Of a stretch of DNA of 64,000 nt, positions 1 to 10,674 are shown piece after piece. Below the pieces are notes generated by a model that was not told the origin of the DNA, searched no databases, and saw nothing but the letters and a program-made list of their open reading frames with translations. This stretch comes from Bacteroidales bacterium. Its GTDB lineage: Bacteria > Bacteroidota > Bacteroidia > Bacteroidales > UBA10428. The stretch's first letter is position 1; every line of letters starts with the position of its first letter. The position numbers and the translations under genes were made by a program. The stretch is taken from assembly GCA_016929525.1 (NCBI GenBank), contig JAFGIP010000045.1, positions 9,152 through 73,151 on the forward strand. Direction: 5' to 3'.

Positions 1-1
1 A

Positions 2-1390
2 TACAGGATTGTTTTCTGGGGTGATGATATTGAAGAGATAGAATCCTTTGATCCTGTAACCGGTAATATGATTGAAACACTTGAGAATGCAACAATTTTT
101 CCGGCAAATATTTTTGTTACCACCAAACACAGAATGCAGGTTGCCATTAACCAGATCCAGGATGACCTTGTAAAACAGGTTGATTTTTTTAATGGTCTGG
201 GTAAAATGATGGAGGCCAAAAGGCTTGATGAAAGGGTAAATTACGATCTTGAAATGATTCGTGAATTGGGTTACTGTCCGGGTATAGAAAACTATTCACG
301 CTATTTCGACGGAAGAGCTCCTGGTACAAGACCTTTCTGCCTGCTGGACTATTTTCCCGACGACTTTCTGACTATCATTGACGAAAGTCATGCGTCGCTT
401 CCGCAGATAAGAGCAATGTATGGTGGTGATCACAGCCGGAAACAAACGTTGGTTGATCATGGTTTCAGATTGCCGGCTGCTATTGATAATCGTCCTTTGC
501 AGTTTGAAGAATTTGAAAGGCTTGTCGGACAGATTATCTATGTCAGTGCCACACCTGCCGATTATGAGCTGGCCAAATCGGAAGGCGTAGTGGTTGAGCA
601 ATTAATCAGACCGACCGGCTTGCTCGATCCGGTTATTGAAGTTAAACCAAGTCTCAATCAGATTGATGATCTTTTACACCAAATAAACATAAGATCTAAA
701 AATAACGAACGAATACTGGTAACAACACTTACAAAAAGAATGGCAGAGGAGTTAACAAATTATCTTCTGCGTTTTGAAATTAAGTGTCGTTATATCCATT
801 CTGATATTGATACTTTAGAAAGAATTGAGATCATGGAAGGATTACGTTCAGGAAAATTCGATGTACTCGTTGGTGTGAACCTCCTTCGAGAAGGGCTTGA
901 CCTGCCGGAAGTTTCTCTCGTAGCTATATTGGATGCCGACAAAGAAGGATTTTTAAGATCGGAGCGTTCCCTTACACAAACAGCGGGCAGGGCTGCCCGA
1001 AACCTGAATGGTAAAGTTATTATGTATGCCGATAAAACAACCCAGTCGATGCAAAAGACTATTGATGAAACAAACAGGCGAAGGGAAAAACAACTTAACT
1101 ATAATCAGAAACACAGTATTGAACCTCAACAAATCATCAAGGCTGCATCGAATATTATGAAAGAAGTAAGAAGTATAACAGGGCAGGCCTATGCTTATGT
1201 CGAACCTGAAAAACCGAATATAGCCGCTGATCCCGTTGTTCAGTATATGAATAAAGAAGCTATTATGAAAGCAATAGAGAACACCAAAGCCAAAATGGAA
1301 AAAGCAGCATCGGAACTTGATTTTATTGAAGCGGCAAGATACCGGGATGAAATACAGGCTCTGAAGGAGTTGCTGGAAAGTAAGGAGTGA
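2..1390 (+). CDS. uvrB: Excinuclease ABC subunit B (UvrB), C-terminal ~460 aa; the 5' end lies upstream of the window
   Basis: The frame is open from nt 2 (YRIVFWGDDIEEIESFDPVTGN) into the listed ORF. It has helicase C-terminal motifs (VGVNLLREGLDLPEVSLVAILDADKEGFLRS, TAGRAARN) and a C-terminal UVR domain (ELDFIEAARYRDEIQALK). Confidence 0.95.
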   Translation, partial: YRIVFWGDDIEEIESFDPVTGNMIETLENATIFPANIFVTTKHRMQVAINQIQDDLVKQVDFFNGLGKMMEAKRLDERVNYDLEMIRELGYCPGIENYSRYFDGRAPGTRPFCLLDYFPDDFLTIIDESHASLPQIRAMYGGDHSRKQTLVDHGFRLPAAIDNRPLQFEEFERLVGQIIYVSATPADYELAKSEGVVVEQLIRPTGLLDPVIEVKPSLNQIDDLLHQINIRSKNNERILVTTLTKRMAEELTNYLLRFEIKCRYIHSDIDTLERIEIMEGLRSGKFDVLVGVNLLREGLDLPEVSLVAILDADKEGFLRSERSLTQTAGRAARNLNGKVIMYADKTTQSMQKTIDETNRRREKQLNYNQKHSIEPQQIIKAASNIMKEVRSITGQAYAYVEPEKPNIAADPVVQYMNKEAIMKAIENTKAKMEKAASELDFIEAARYRDEIQALKELLESKE

Positions 1391-1528
1391 AAATATATAG
1401 TAAACAGTGAACAGTGAACAGTTATCAGAAAAAATTAATAATTATCCCGATTTGCTCTGCAATCTGGATTTGTTCAAAATTTAAATCTCATTTCGCTTCG
1501 TTTCTGAAATTTTTGTTTCATAAAAAAA

Positions 1529-1551
1529 GCTGCCTTATTTAATAAAGCAGC
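1529..1551. terminator. Hairpin between convergent uvrB and rpoD (candidate bidirectional terminator)
   Basis: GCTGCCTTA (1529-1537) pairs with TAAAGCAGC (1543-1551): 9 bp with one mismatch and a 5-nt loop. It is preceded by an A-run and lies between two convergent stop codons. Confidence 0.4.
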
Positions 1552-1588
1552 CTGAGAACTATATAATCTGTGTTTTTAGGTTTTTCCT

Positions 1589-2449
1589 TTAGCCCAAATA
1601 TGTCTTCAGCAGTTTACTGCGAGAAGTATGTCTTAATCTTCTGATTGCTTTTTCCTTGATCTGACGAACTCTTTCACGGGTAAGCCCGAAACGCTCTCCA
1701 ATTTCTTCAAGTGTCATCTCCTGAACACCAATTCCAAAGAACAAGCGGATAATATCGCGTTCTCTGTCGGTCAGCGTTGACAGCGCACGTTCAATCTCTC
1801 TCGTAAGCGATTCATTTAACAGCTTTTTATCTGCTTTTGGTGAATCGTTGTTTACCAAAACATCAAGCAGGCTATTTTCTTCACCGTCGGTAAAAGGAGC
1901 ATCAACAGAAACATGGCGACCGGAAACTCTGAGCGTATCAGAAATTTTTTCTTTTGGCAACTCAAGAGTATCAGCTAATTCCTCAGGAGTAGGTGTTCTT
2001 TCATATTCCTGCTCAAATTTAGAGAAAGCTTTATTGATTTTATTAAGTGAACCAACCTGGTTCAGCGGTAAACGGACAATACGCGATTGTTCTGCCAATG
2101 CCTGTAAGATTGACTGGCGGATCCACCATACAGCGTATGATATAAATTTAAACCCGCGGGTTTCATCAAATTTTTCGGCCGCTTTAATTAAACCGAGATT
2201 ACCCTCATTGATAAGGTCCGGTAAACTCAATCCCTGATTTTGATATTGCTTTGCCACAGAAACAACAAAACGTAAGTTGGCCCTTGTAAGTTTTTCCAAA
2301 GCGGTGCGATCGCCTTTTTTGATACGCTGTGCAAGTTCTACTTCTTCCTCAACCGTAATCAAATCCTCTTTCCCAATTTCCTGTAAATACTTATCGAGAG
2401 ATGCACTTTCACGATTTGTGATTGACTTTGTTATCTTTAATTGTCTCAT
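1589..2449 (-). CDS. rpoD: Primary RNA polymerase sigma-70 factor (RpoD/SigA type, short Bacteroidota form)
   Basis: The 286-aa protein has sigma-70 region 2 ([13 protein letters not shown]), region 3, and the region 4 HTH ([28 protein letters not shown]). Confidence 0.9.
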   Translation of the reverse strand: MRQLKITKSITNRESASLDKYLQEIGKEDLITVEEEVELAQRIKKGDRTALEKLTRANLRFVVSVAKQYQNQGLSLPDLINEGNLGLIKAAEKFDETRGFKFISYAVWWIRQSILQALAEQSRIVRLPLNQVGSLNKINKAFSKFEQEYERTPTPEELADTLELPKEKISDTLRVSGRHVSVDAPFTDGEENSLLDVLVNNDSPKADKKLLNESLTREIERALSTLTDRERDIIRLFFGIGVQEMTLEEIGERFGLTRERVRQIKEKAIRRLRHTSRSKLLKTYLG

Positions 2450-2526
2450 ACTCCTTCTTAAAAATTTACCGCGAATTTAGATTAAAATGTATTTAAATTC
2501 AATATTAATAAGATAATTAGCTCAAA

Positions 2527-2560
2527 TGAAAAAGGGTCCGCAAAATTGCAAACCCTTTAT
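2527..2560 (-). terminator. Rho-independent-type terminator downstream of the htrA-like gene
   Basis: On the minus strand AAAGGGT...GACCCTT forms a stem followed by TTTTTC, about 20 nt after the stop at 2581. Confidence 0.45.
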
Positions 2561-2580
2561 TTTATTATTGATTTGTAATT

Positions 2581-4011
2581 TTACTTCAACCCGAATGCGT
2601 AATACTGAATCACCCCGTTGGGATATATTCCTTCAATATAAACTCCTCCATTAGTCCTTTTAATTGCGTTGCCCAGATCTTCAACGGAATAGATGGGTTT
2701 GTTATTGACTTGTGTAATTATAAAACCCTCTTTAACACCTTCTGCCCTTAGCTTTCCAGCCTTAAGTTCGACAACCTTTACACCGTTTTTAATACCCAGT
2801 TTTGTCTTCTCACTACCTGATACTTCTTCAAAGCGTGCACCAAGAATGCTGTCGAATGAGTCAGCTGATACGTAGCTCGTTTTCCCTTGCAGGTTACGTA
2901 AAGTCACTTCAAATTGTTTCATTTTACCATCTCTTTTTACAACAACGGTAACTATATCGTTAGGACGATAACGGCTGACCTGCTCCTGCAGTTCACCTGA
3001 ACTGTTGACATTAACTCCGTTTATCGATATAATCACATCTCCTTCTTTTATACCCGCTGCTTTTGCGGCACCGTCATCACGAACAGATGCAATATATACA
3101 CCTTCAATTTTATCAAGGTCCTTCTCTTTGGCAAGTTCAGCAGTAATATCCTGGATACTGACACCCAGAATTGCTCTCTGAACCACTCCAAATTCCTTCA
3201 GGTCCTTTACTACCTTAGCTACAATAGCGACCGGCACGGCAAAAGAAATACCTGCATATCCACCTGAAGGTGATATTATTGCGGTATTAATTCCCACAAG
3301 ATTTCCGTTTATATCAACCAATGCACCACCGCTGTTACCGCGATTTACAGCTGCATCAGTTTGTATAAACGATTCCATCCTGTACTGATCCTGGATGATA
3401 CCAATGTTTTTTGCCTTTGCACTTACTATGCCTGCAGTAACAGTCGACGTAAGATTGAACGGATTACCTACAGCCAGCACCCACTCACCAACCTGCAAAG
3501 AATCTGAATTTCCCCATGGAATATAATGCAAACCTTCAGCATCTACTTTTAATAATGCAAGATCGGTACTTGGATCGGTACCAATTACTTTTGCAGAGAA
3601 TTCACGCTTATCATTTAATGTCACATAAACTTTATCGCTTCCTTCCACAACATGATTATTGGTTACAATATATCCTTCGTCCGAGATAATAACTCCCGAA
3701 CCAAAACCCAGAACAGGTTGTGAATCGCGATAGCCATCACCATAAAAGAACTCCAGTATCGGATTATATGACTGTCTTGTTGACTGAGTCTTAACGTGGA
3801 CTACAGCCTCAACAGAATTTTGGGCTGCCCTTACAAAATTGAATGATGTAATATCTGTACCGGAAGGCATATTAGCAAAATTTATTGGCTGGGTAACGGT
3901 TGTGGTGACAACACGTTCCTCTCCGGGAAAAATCTTTGAGTATACAAATACAGCTATCAGCCCTCCTAATAGTGCGATTACAAATGTTCCTGCTGCTTTT
4001 TTCGTTTTCAT
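2581..4011 (-). CDS. htrA: HtrA/DegP/DegQ-family periplasmic serine protease with PDZ domains
   Basis: S1C catalytic contexts (TNNHVV, DLALLK, GNSGGALV) are followed by two PDZ-like segments. The longest ORF runs to 4071; the ATG at 4011 (MKTKKAAGTFVIALLGG) directly precedes the membrane anchor and is the more likely start. Confidence 0.9.
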   Translation of the reverse strand: MKTKKAAGTFVIALLGGLIAVFVYSKIFPGEERVVTTTVTQPINFANMPSGTDITSFNFVRAAQNSVEAVVHVKTQSTRQSYNPILEFFYGDGYRDSQPVLGFGSGVIISDEGYIVTNNHVVEGSDKVYVTLNDKREFSAKVIGTDPSTDLALLKVDAEGLHYIPWGNSDSLQVGEWVLAVGNPFNLTSTVTAGIVSAKAKNIGIIQDQYRMESFIQTDAAVNRGNSGGALVDINGNLVGINTAIISPSGGYAGISFAVPVAIVAKVVKDLKEFGVVQRAILGVSIQDITAELAKEKDLDKIEGVYIASVRDDGAAKAAGIKEGDVIISINGVNVNSSGELQEQVSRYRPNDIVTVVVKRDGKMKQFEVTLRNLQGKTSYVSADSFDSILGARFEEVSGSEKTKLGIKNGVKVVELKAGKLRAEGVKEGFIITQVNNKPIYSVEDLGNAIKRTNGGVYIEGIYPNGVIQYYAFGLK

Positions 4012-4164
4012 GACTATTTTTGTTTTTTCAAATTTACTAAGCATTTTTATTCCAGTTTTGTTTAAAACCAAAATTTCTACCCGTTATTTTTTCGTTTACG
4101 AAACTAACGCAATTATTGCACAGATTGTGCGCGAATATCCGTATTTTTAACAATTATTAACTGC

Positions 4165-4956
4165 ATGAATTTTCAATTCTATAAATATCACGGCGCCGGC
4201 AACGATTTCATTGTAATAGATAACCGGGAAGACAGATTTCCTCAGTCTGACAATAAATTCATAGCCGGATTATGTCAAAGAAGATTCGGCATTGGTGCCA
4301 ACGGATTAATGTTATTGCATAATCATTCAAAGTATGATTTTGAAATGAAATACTATAATGCAGATGGTATGGAAGGCAGCTTATGCGGTAACGGAGGCCG
4401 GTGTATTGTAGCCTTTGCCCATAGACTTGGAATTATTGGTAATAAAACCGTTTTTTTAGCCATTGACGGAGAGCATCGGGCAGTTGTGGTTTATCATGAC
4501 TACATAAGACTTAAAATGAAAGATGTCAGTGAGATAGAAAAAGGTGATGATTATTTCTTCCTCGATACCGGTTCTCCTCATTATGTGACTTTTACCGAGA
4601 AGGTTAAAGAAAAAGATGTTTATAGTGCAGGTAAAGCAATAAGGTACAACGACAGGTTCCGGTCAGAAGGCACCAATGTAAATTTCGTTGAAAGATTGGA
4701 TGACAGTTTGTTTGTCAGAACTTATGAGCGGGGCGTTGAAGACGAAACACTTGCTTGCGGAACAGGGATTGTTGCTTCTGCCATATGTGCAGCAATCAAT
4801 GACAATACAGACATAAATTCTTATCATGTAAAAGCATTAGGAGGTGAACTGAAAGTCAATTTTAAAAGAAATGAAGAGAAAATTACCGATATATGGCTGG
4901 AAGGTCCGGCAGTAAAAGTATTTGAGGGAACGATTGAAACTGAAAGTCTGTGGTGA
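4165..4956 (+). CDS. dapF: Diaminopimelate epimerase
   Basis: YHGAGNDFIVIDN N-terminus, two catalytic Cys contexts (LCGNGGRC, LACGTG) and a typical 263-aa length. Confidence 0.9.
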   Translation: MNFQFYKYHGAGNDFIVIDNREDRFPQSDNKFIAGLCQRRFGIGANGLMLLHNHSKYDFEMKYYNADGMEGSLCGNGGRCIVAFAHRLGIIGNKTVFLAIDGEHRAVVVYHDYIRLKMKDVSEIEKGDDYFFLDTGSPHYVTFTEKVKEKDVYSAGKAIRYNDRFRSEGTNVNFVERLDDSLFVRTYERGVEDETLACGTGIVASAICAAINDNTDINSYHVKALGGELKVNFKRNEEKITDIWLEGPAVKVFEGTIETESLW

Positions 4957-5210
4957 GGTTTTTATTCAAAACAGTTTAATGCCGAATCCGTTTGAACTGT
5001 AGAATATATGCATAAGGAAAAATTAACATCCTTGACTTGAATTCACTAATTACATACATTTGAAAAAGTTAAGGGAAAGAATTGTAAGTTATAAGTAACT
5101 CTGTATCTCTTTGTCATTCAAGAAGGAATGAAATACGATTTAATTAGAATTTCAACTGGTTAAGGCAACATCGCAACTAACAACCCATTACAAATTAAAA
5201 CCTACTCAAA

Positions 5211-7643
5211 ATGAAACCAAGAAGTTATTTATTAATCATTGTATTTACAGTTATCGCAATAATAACTGGTTATTCACAATCGGAAATCAACCTGAACTAT
5301 TTTGAATCTCACCAGGACCTTGGCGGTGAGATAAAACTTGTTAATACAGTTATAAAGGAAGAAGGAGGCATCACCTATCAGATTTTTAACATCCTCTCTT
5401 ATGATAATGGTAATTATTACGTGAATGCCTGGGTTATGGGTATTGAACTGGATTCGGAAGGAAGCGGGAAATTCCTGGAATACGATTACTATGTTAATGA
5501 TGTAAAGCAGGAAGAAAAACTTATCCCGGAAAAAAGTAACTGGCATAATGCTGCTATCAGGGATGTTAAGGGAAAAGAAAAAAAGTCATTTAAGCTCAAA
5601 AAAGGAATGAACCGGATTGCATTTTCCTGCCCTTCTCCCGAAGTTCCTGAAATTGAATTCATCAGGCTTTCAAAAAAACCCTCGGACTCAGAAATACCTG
5701 AAGACAATTATCTCCGGTTTATTGAAAATCTTCATCAGCATAGTACGGAAGAAAAAGGTGAAGTAATGGATGAAGAAGATACATACGCTACCAATAAAAA
5801 CATAAAAGATGAAGGGGATACGGTACCTCCCATGGATTATGTATACGTAAGCGATGTTAATTTCAAATACACCTATTTCAGATATTTTAACCTTGATGCA
5901 GGAGATTATATTCAGATTCATGCCACCGGATTAGGTTTATATTATTCAATTGAATTCTTCTCATTTGATAAACCCGAAAATTATAGTTATATCGCATATT
6001 CAAACCCCGGTTACATTGCAAACCTCAGTGTAACCATTCCGGAACATGGATACTATATATTAAAGATCACCGGCTCTGGTTATGGAGATTTTGTCAAGTA
6101 TATTTATAATATCAATTACGGCAGCGATCATTATGTAAACAAATGTGTTATCTCTAACACAGGATTCACATATCAACATTTTGCATATCAGACCTATAAT
6201 TATTTTACAACCAACTTAACTGGTGACAGTCATATGTGGATAACTGACAACGCCAACAAAATAAGGGCTCATAACGACAATTACCTTGGAAGTAACTCAT
6301 ACGACTGGAATTTAAATTCAAGATTGATATTAGATCCTCCTTTATCAATACGCAGAATTCAGATATCATCACATCTGAGTTACTGGCCTAGTGGAAAATG
6401 TGATCTTTATCTACAATGTCCTACTGTGGACCCATTTTATATTAACATATTCCCACAACTTGATACAAACGATGCAATAAAATCTGCCGACGGGGATGAA
6501 ATATACAATTGTGCCAGCTGGTCTCATGGAATATGGTGGAATAATTATTGGCCACCCAATTATACAGATCCTTATCATGATGACAGAGGTCCATTATATT
6601 CATTTGATAAGTTTTATTCAGATACTATTGGAAATATGATATATACCCGAACAGGAGCAAATGCTTCAAACAGTGTAATTGATTTGTGGTCAAATGATGG
6701 AGAATTTACTCATGCAACAGTTACTGAACCGGGTAATCATCATCTACACGGATATGACTTTGAAAGTAAGCATGGCAGCGGACAACGTTTTTTTCATCCT
6801 AGATTTGCTTTTGATAATTCTGTTTATGGCTTCGTTACACATTACTATATACCTGATCCTTCAGCAAAATCTACGATGTCGTATGGCGAATTATTAGCAA
6901 GAGGATTATCTGTAATTGAAAAAGTTGAACTTAATGACTCTGAGAAAAATTGCATTGAAAGATCTATTAATTCCTTGACACCAGTGCAATTATATGAGCT
7001 TGAGAAAAGATATAAAGCATGGAAGCTAACCTGGAAGAGACCTGAAATCGCCATTCACAGTAATCCAAGAATGTATGCAAAGAGTAAAGAGTACGATGAT
7101 TTTATTGATTATTGCAAATTGCAGGGAGAATCCGTATGGCCTTATGTTTTCAATACGTTTCTCGAAGGTGATTTTTATGTGATCAATGCTATTGAGGATT
7201 TAACCTTTGATGATCATATGGACAAACTCAGAAAAGTAAGAAATGAGTGTGAACTTAACCGTTATAATGAATCCGGGGCTTATATTATCAGATCAATGCG
7301 CAGTTATACAACAAGATATATATTAGAAATCCTTAAATCGAAATATACAATTACTGATGAAGAAACTAAAGTACAGTTTAATAATTCCTTTGATTTTGAT
7401 ATCTTTCCTAATCCTGTAAATTCAAACAGTATATTGTCATTCGATCTTGATACCAGTGCAAAAGTATCAGCACAGGTCCGGAATTTAAAAGGCAGGTTAA
7501 TATCAATTATTATTAACGAACAAATGTTAGATGCCGGCAGCAAGTACTATCCTATTAATTTATATGAGAACTATAAAGGAACTTATCTCGTAGAATTGAT
7601 TGTTAATGATATAGTTAATGTTAAGTTAATCGTAGTTCCGTAA
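5211..7643 (+). CDS. Secreted hypothetical protein with T9SS C-terminal sorting domain (810 aa)
   Basis: Signal peptide (MKPRSYLLIIVFTVIAIITGYSQ). The last ~75 aa fit the T9SS type A sorting-domain pattern (IFPNPVNSNSILSFDL...GTYLVELIVNDIVNVKLIVV). I could not recognise a domain in the rest of the protein. Confidence 0.8.
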   Translation: MKPRSYLLIIVFTVIAIITGYSQSEINLNYFESHQDLGGEIKLVNTVIKEEGGITYQIFNILSYDNGNYYVNAWVMGIELDSEGSGKFLEYDYYVNDVKQEEKLIPEKSNWHNAAIRDVKGKEKKSFKLKKGMNRIAFSCPSPEVPEIEFIRLSKKPSDSEIPEDNYLRFIENLHQHSTEEKGEVMDEEDTYATNKNIKDEGDTVPPMDYVYVSDVNFKYTYFRYFNLDAGDYIQIHATGLGLYYSIEFFSFDKPENYSYIAYSNPGYIANLSVTIPEHGYYILKITGSGYGDFVKYIYNINYGSDHYVNKCVISNTGFTYQHFAYQTYNYFTTNLTGDSHMWITDNANKIRAHNDNYLGSNSYDWNLNSRLILDPPLSIRRIQISSHLSYWPSGKCDLYLQCPTVDPFYINIFPQLDTNDAIKSADGDEIYNCASWSHGIWWNNYWPPNYTDPYHDDRGPLYSFDKFYSDTIGNMIYTRTGANASNSVIDLWSNDGEFTHATVTEPGNHHLHGYDFESKHGSGQRFFHPRFAFDNSVYGFVTHYYIPDPSAKSTMSYGELLARGLSVIEKVELNDSEKNCIERSINSLTPVQLYELEKRYKAWKLTWKRPEIAIHSNPRMYAKSKEYDDFIDYCKLQGESVWPYVFNTFLEGDFYVINAIEDLTFDDHMDKLRKVRNECELNRYNESGAYIIRSMRSYTTRYILEILKSKYTITDEETKVQFNNSFDFDIFPNPVNSNSILSFDLDTSAKVSAQVRNLKGRLISIIINEQMLDAGSKYYPINLYENYKGTYLVELIVNDIVNVKLIVVP

Positions 7644-7668
7644 ATTTGCATTAAATTAAATATGACCA

Positions 7669-9876
7669 ATGCATGATTCCTTAAAATATATAATAGTGAA
7701 AACAATAGTCTTTTACATATTGGTCAATTGCTTAATCCAGCCGTTAATAGCACAATCTCATACGTCATGGTTAAATTATACATTCAGCTTCAGGGTTACG
7801 GATATTGTTATACATGAGAATGATATCTGGATAAGCACTCAGGGTGGTCTGGTTAAGTATAATAAGTTAACAGGCGAAAAAGACTATTATAACCGCGCAA
7901 ATGTTAATTTACCGGATAATAATTTACTTGGTTTATTCTGTTCTGACAATGGTAATGTTTGGGTTACCGGAATGCGTTATGGTGTAGGAAAGTATACAGG
8001 TGAAGAATGCATCATCTATAATACATCAAATTCAGAACTTCCGTTTGATCAATGGAATACCAAAGTTAAAGAGGATAAAATTGGGAATGTATGGCTAATA
8101 TCAATGCGATGGATGGTTAAAATCAACGGTAGTGAATGGAAAACATGGGAAACAGGTAGTGAATTTTCTTCATTTCCTTTGATCACTGATTTCGATATTG
8201 ATAATGAAAACATTGTCTGGATGTTTTCCACCGACGGTATTGGTAAAATTGAAAACGATGAATATACGGTTATTAGTGATATTGGAAGCAGTTTAACAGC
8301 AAAAAACGGTTGTTTGAATGTTGATCCTGATCAAAATATCTGGATCGCGGTTGAGGATGAAGGATTGTATAAATACGACGGATCTGATTTTACCAATTAT
8401 TCAACCTCAAATTCCTGTTTATCCACTAATAAAATATCAGATATATCTTTTGATGCCGATAATAGAATGTGGCTGGCGACACAAGATGGATTGATAAATT
8501 TCAATATAACCGATTGCAGTGTTTATCAACCCCCGGGAAATGAAAAAAAATTACTTGCTTTGGAATGTAGTTTGGGTGATACTATCTGGTGTGGTACTTA
8601 TAGTGGTTACCTGTTATGCTTTGATGGTGATGATTTTACGAAAATAGAGATTTCTAATTCTCCGCTGAAATCCAACTATATTGTAGATATTCTGGCTCAG
8701 GATGAAAATAATATCTGGATCGGGACCGGCGAAAATCTTGTTAAAAAAACCGGTGATCAGTTTTTCACTGTTTATAATAAACAAGCTAATGGAATAGAAA
8801 AAGATAATGATGGGAAAATATGGATTGCATTTGCAGAAGGTGACACAAGCCTGCTCAAATTAGACGGTGAGGAAAGCCTGGTTTTTGATTCACTGAATTC
8901 TCCGTTTAATACTAATTACAATCCAATCCGGGACATTGTATTTGACAAAGACAACCAGATTTGGATTGCAACAGGTGTAAACGGCCTATTTTATTATAAC
9001 GGGATAAATTTTACAAATTATAACACGTCAAACAGCCCTATTCCCTCAACCGGTATATTTGAATTATTAATTGACAAGGAAAATGCTTTATGGGGAGGTA
9101 CTCTTAACGGATTGTTCAAATTTGATGGAGAAAACTGGAAGGTTTGGAATACTGCAAATTCAGACATACCTACGAATATTATACCTGGTTTAGCATTAGA
9201 TTCAGAAAACAAACTATGGTTTTCCTGCATGGATGAAAGAAGGAGAATAGCACCAGAATTAGGGGGAGGAATTGTATCTTTTGATGGCAAGCATATGACG
9301 GTTTATAACAGAGAAAATTCAGATCTAAGTTCTAATACGATCTTTGACATTTATATCGATAATAATGATGCTATATGGGTAACCACTTACTTTACCGGAA
9401 TTATGTGTTTTAGTCAGAAAAATCCATGGGGAATTAAAGCAAATCCGTGGATATCTTATTCCGTGTCTAATTCAGGCTTATCAGATAATGAACCAATTCT
9501 TATTAAAGGAGATATAAACGGCACTCTTTGGATTGGACATAGATATGAAGGAATATCGGTATTTAACCCTGATTCAAGTCTTCAGCCTGTAGCAATTAAC
9601 AATGAAATATATTCTTCTGCTACAGTTTTCCCAAATCCTGCGGGTAGTGAATTGTATATTCGTTTAGGTTCCATCCCTGAGACACCGCTCCGGATAACCA
9701 TATATGACATGAGCGGCAGGTTAATAGATAATATACCTGAAAGTGAGATCATGTATGATAATAATAATATAAGGCTTAACCTGGATCATTCTCATTACAC
9801 AAATCAGATTTACATAATCAACATAATAACCAGGGAGGGGCTTCACTATAGTTCGAAGTTTATATATCTCAAGTAA
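7669..9876 (+). CDS. Secreted beta-propeller protein (two-component-regulator-propeller-like repeats) with T9SS C-terminal sorting domain
   Basis: Many ~45-aa repeats have the N(I/V)W(I/V)(A/G)T..G(L/V)..(Y/F) signature. The C-terminus reads VFPNPAGSELYIRL...IYIINIITREGLHYSSKFIY. Confidence 0.8.
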   Translation: MHDSLKYIIVKTIVFYILVNCLIQPLIAQSHTSWLNYTFSFRVTDIVIHENDIWISTQGGLVKYNKLTGEKDYYNRANVNLPDNNLLGLFCSDNGNVWVTGMRYGVGKYTGEECIIYNTSNSELPFDQWNTKVKEDKIGNVWLISMRWMVKINGSEWKTWETGSEFSSFPLITDFDIDNENIVWMFSTDGIGKIENDEYTVISDIGSSLTAKNGCLNVDPDQNIWIAVEDEGLYKYDGSDFTNYSTSNSCLSTNKISDISFDADNRMWLATQDGLINFNITDCSVYQPPGNEKKLLALECSLGDTIWCGTYSGYLLCFDGDDFTKIEISNSPLKSNYIVDILAQDENNIWIGTGENLVKKTGDQFFTVYNKQANGIEKDNDGKIWIAFAEGDTSLLKLDGEESLVFDSLNSPFNTNYNPIRDIVFDKDNQIWIATGVNGLFYYNGINFTNYNTSNSPIPSTGIFELLIDKENALWGGTLNGLFKFDGENWKVWNTANSDIPTNIIPGLALDSENKLWFSCMDERRRIAPELGGGIVSFDGKHMTVYNRENSDLSSNTIFDIYIDNNDAIWVTTYFTGIMCFSQKNPWGIKANPWISYSVSNSGLSDNEPILIKGDINGTLWIGHRYEGISVFNPDSSLQPVAINNEIYSSATVFPNPAGSELYIRLGSIPETPLRITIYDMSGRLIDNIPESEIMYDNNNIRLNLDHSHYTNQIYIINIITREGLHYSSKFIYLK

Positions 9877-9904
9877 GCAGATCTTCCTTATAATATAGAA
9901 TAAA

Positions 9905-9935
9905 AAGAATTGTTATATAATAATTCTTGTTTTTA
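9905..9935 (+). terminator. AT-rich hairpin plus T-run after the 7669-9876 gene
   Basis: AAGAATTGTT (9905-9914) pairs with AATAATTCTT (9919-9928): 10 bp including one G-T, with a 4-nt loop. GTTTTT follows. Confidence 0.35.
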
Positions 9936-9955
9936 TAAATCTGAATAATTAAAAT

Positions 9956-10657
9956 CTAGATATATTTTGTAGCCTCTCTCCTGCTGAGTCCTGATAATTC
10001 ATGGTTTTCAACAAATCCGGCAACCCATGACGGGTCGGTTTTTGAATATTCGCGTAAAACCCAGCCTATCGCTTTACGAATAAAGAATTCCTTACTATCG
10101 ATAAGTAATTCGATATATCTTGCCAGTAAATCTGTGTTCGTTTCTTTTTTATATTTCAACTGAAATAAAAGCGCCGAACGTTGCAGCCACATATTATCCG
10201 ATTTTACCCAACTGTTTGTTACAGATTTTATCTGCTCTGGATATTTATTAAAATATGTCCCGCACAACCATGCAGCAATTCCGTCGACTGTATCCCACCA
10301 TGATTTACTGGTTATCATATATTCCAGTAACTGAATATCTTCTTTCTTTAGCAATTTCTTAAATTTCATAAGAATTTCTATTGCGGCATATTGAAATTCA
10401 CGTTCCGGAAGATTCCATAAGTACAGTGCACATGTATCAATTCCAGTTTCAGCAGGAGAAACATTATTTTTAAAAAAATCCTTTATAATACCTCTGAAAA
10501 TCTTTGCCTCTATCCCCAGGCATGTGAACTGATTCTTCAGATATTTCATTGACCAGGCAGCTCTGTCGGTATTTCCCGAGGCACGAATTTCCCTGATCAG
10601 CGGATCCAGGTATACTTTACACTCGTTAAGTTGCTTCCGGGTTAAAGACAGTTCCAA
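9956..10657 (-). CDS. DNA alkylation repair protein (AlkD/AlkC-like HEAT-repeat family)
   Basis: Family-typical motifs (SMKYLKNQF.CLGI, WWDTVD, FFIRKAIGWVLREYSKTDP) and a 233-aa length. The stop codon is TAG. Confidence 0.8.
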   Translation of the reverse strand: MELSLTRKQLNECKVYLDPLIREIRASGNTDRAAWSMKYLKNQFTCLGIEAKIFRGIIKDFFKNNVSPAETGIDTCALYLWNLPEREFQYAAIEILMKFKKLLKKEDIQLLEYMITSKSWWDTVDGIAAWLCGTYFNKYPEQIKSVTNSWVKSDNMWLQRSALLFQLKYKKETNTDLLARYIELLIDSKEFFIRKAIGWVLREYSKTDPSWVAGFVENHELSGLSRREATKYI

Positions 10658-10674
10658 GGTATTATCAATTATTG

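Noticed and set aside
1404-1424. Triple 7-bp direct repeat ACAGTGA ACAGTGA ACAGTTA just after the uvrB stop
   Set aside because: It is too short and simple to assign a function and is probably a slippage product in a 3' UTR.
1848-2237. Antisense or embedded ORFs from the track lying inside well-supported genes, for example 296-601, 1848-2237, 3839-4150, 20299-20730, 42452-42844, 45247-45537, 53944-54423, 56303-56665 and 57135-57542
   Set aside because: Each lies wholly within, and antisense to or out of frame with, a gene that has clear family motifs. Their translations are low-complexity or Cys/Phe/Ile-rich, as expected from an AT-rich antisense strand. There is no independent support.
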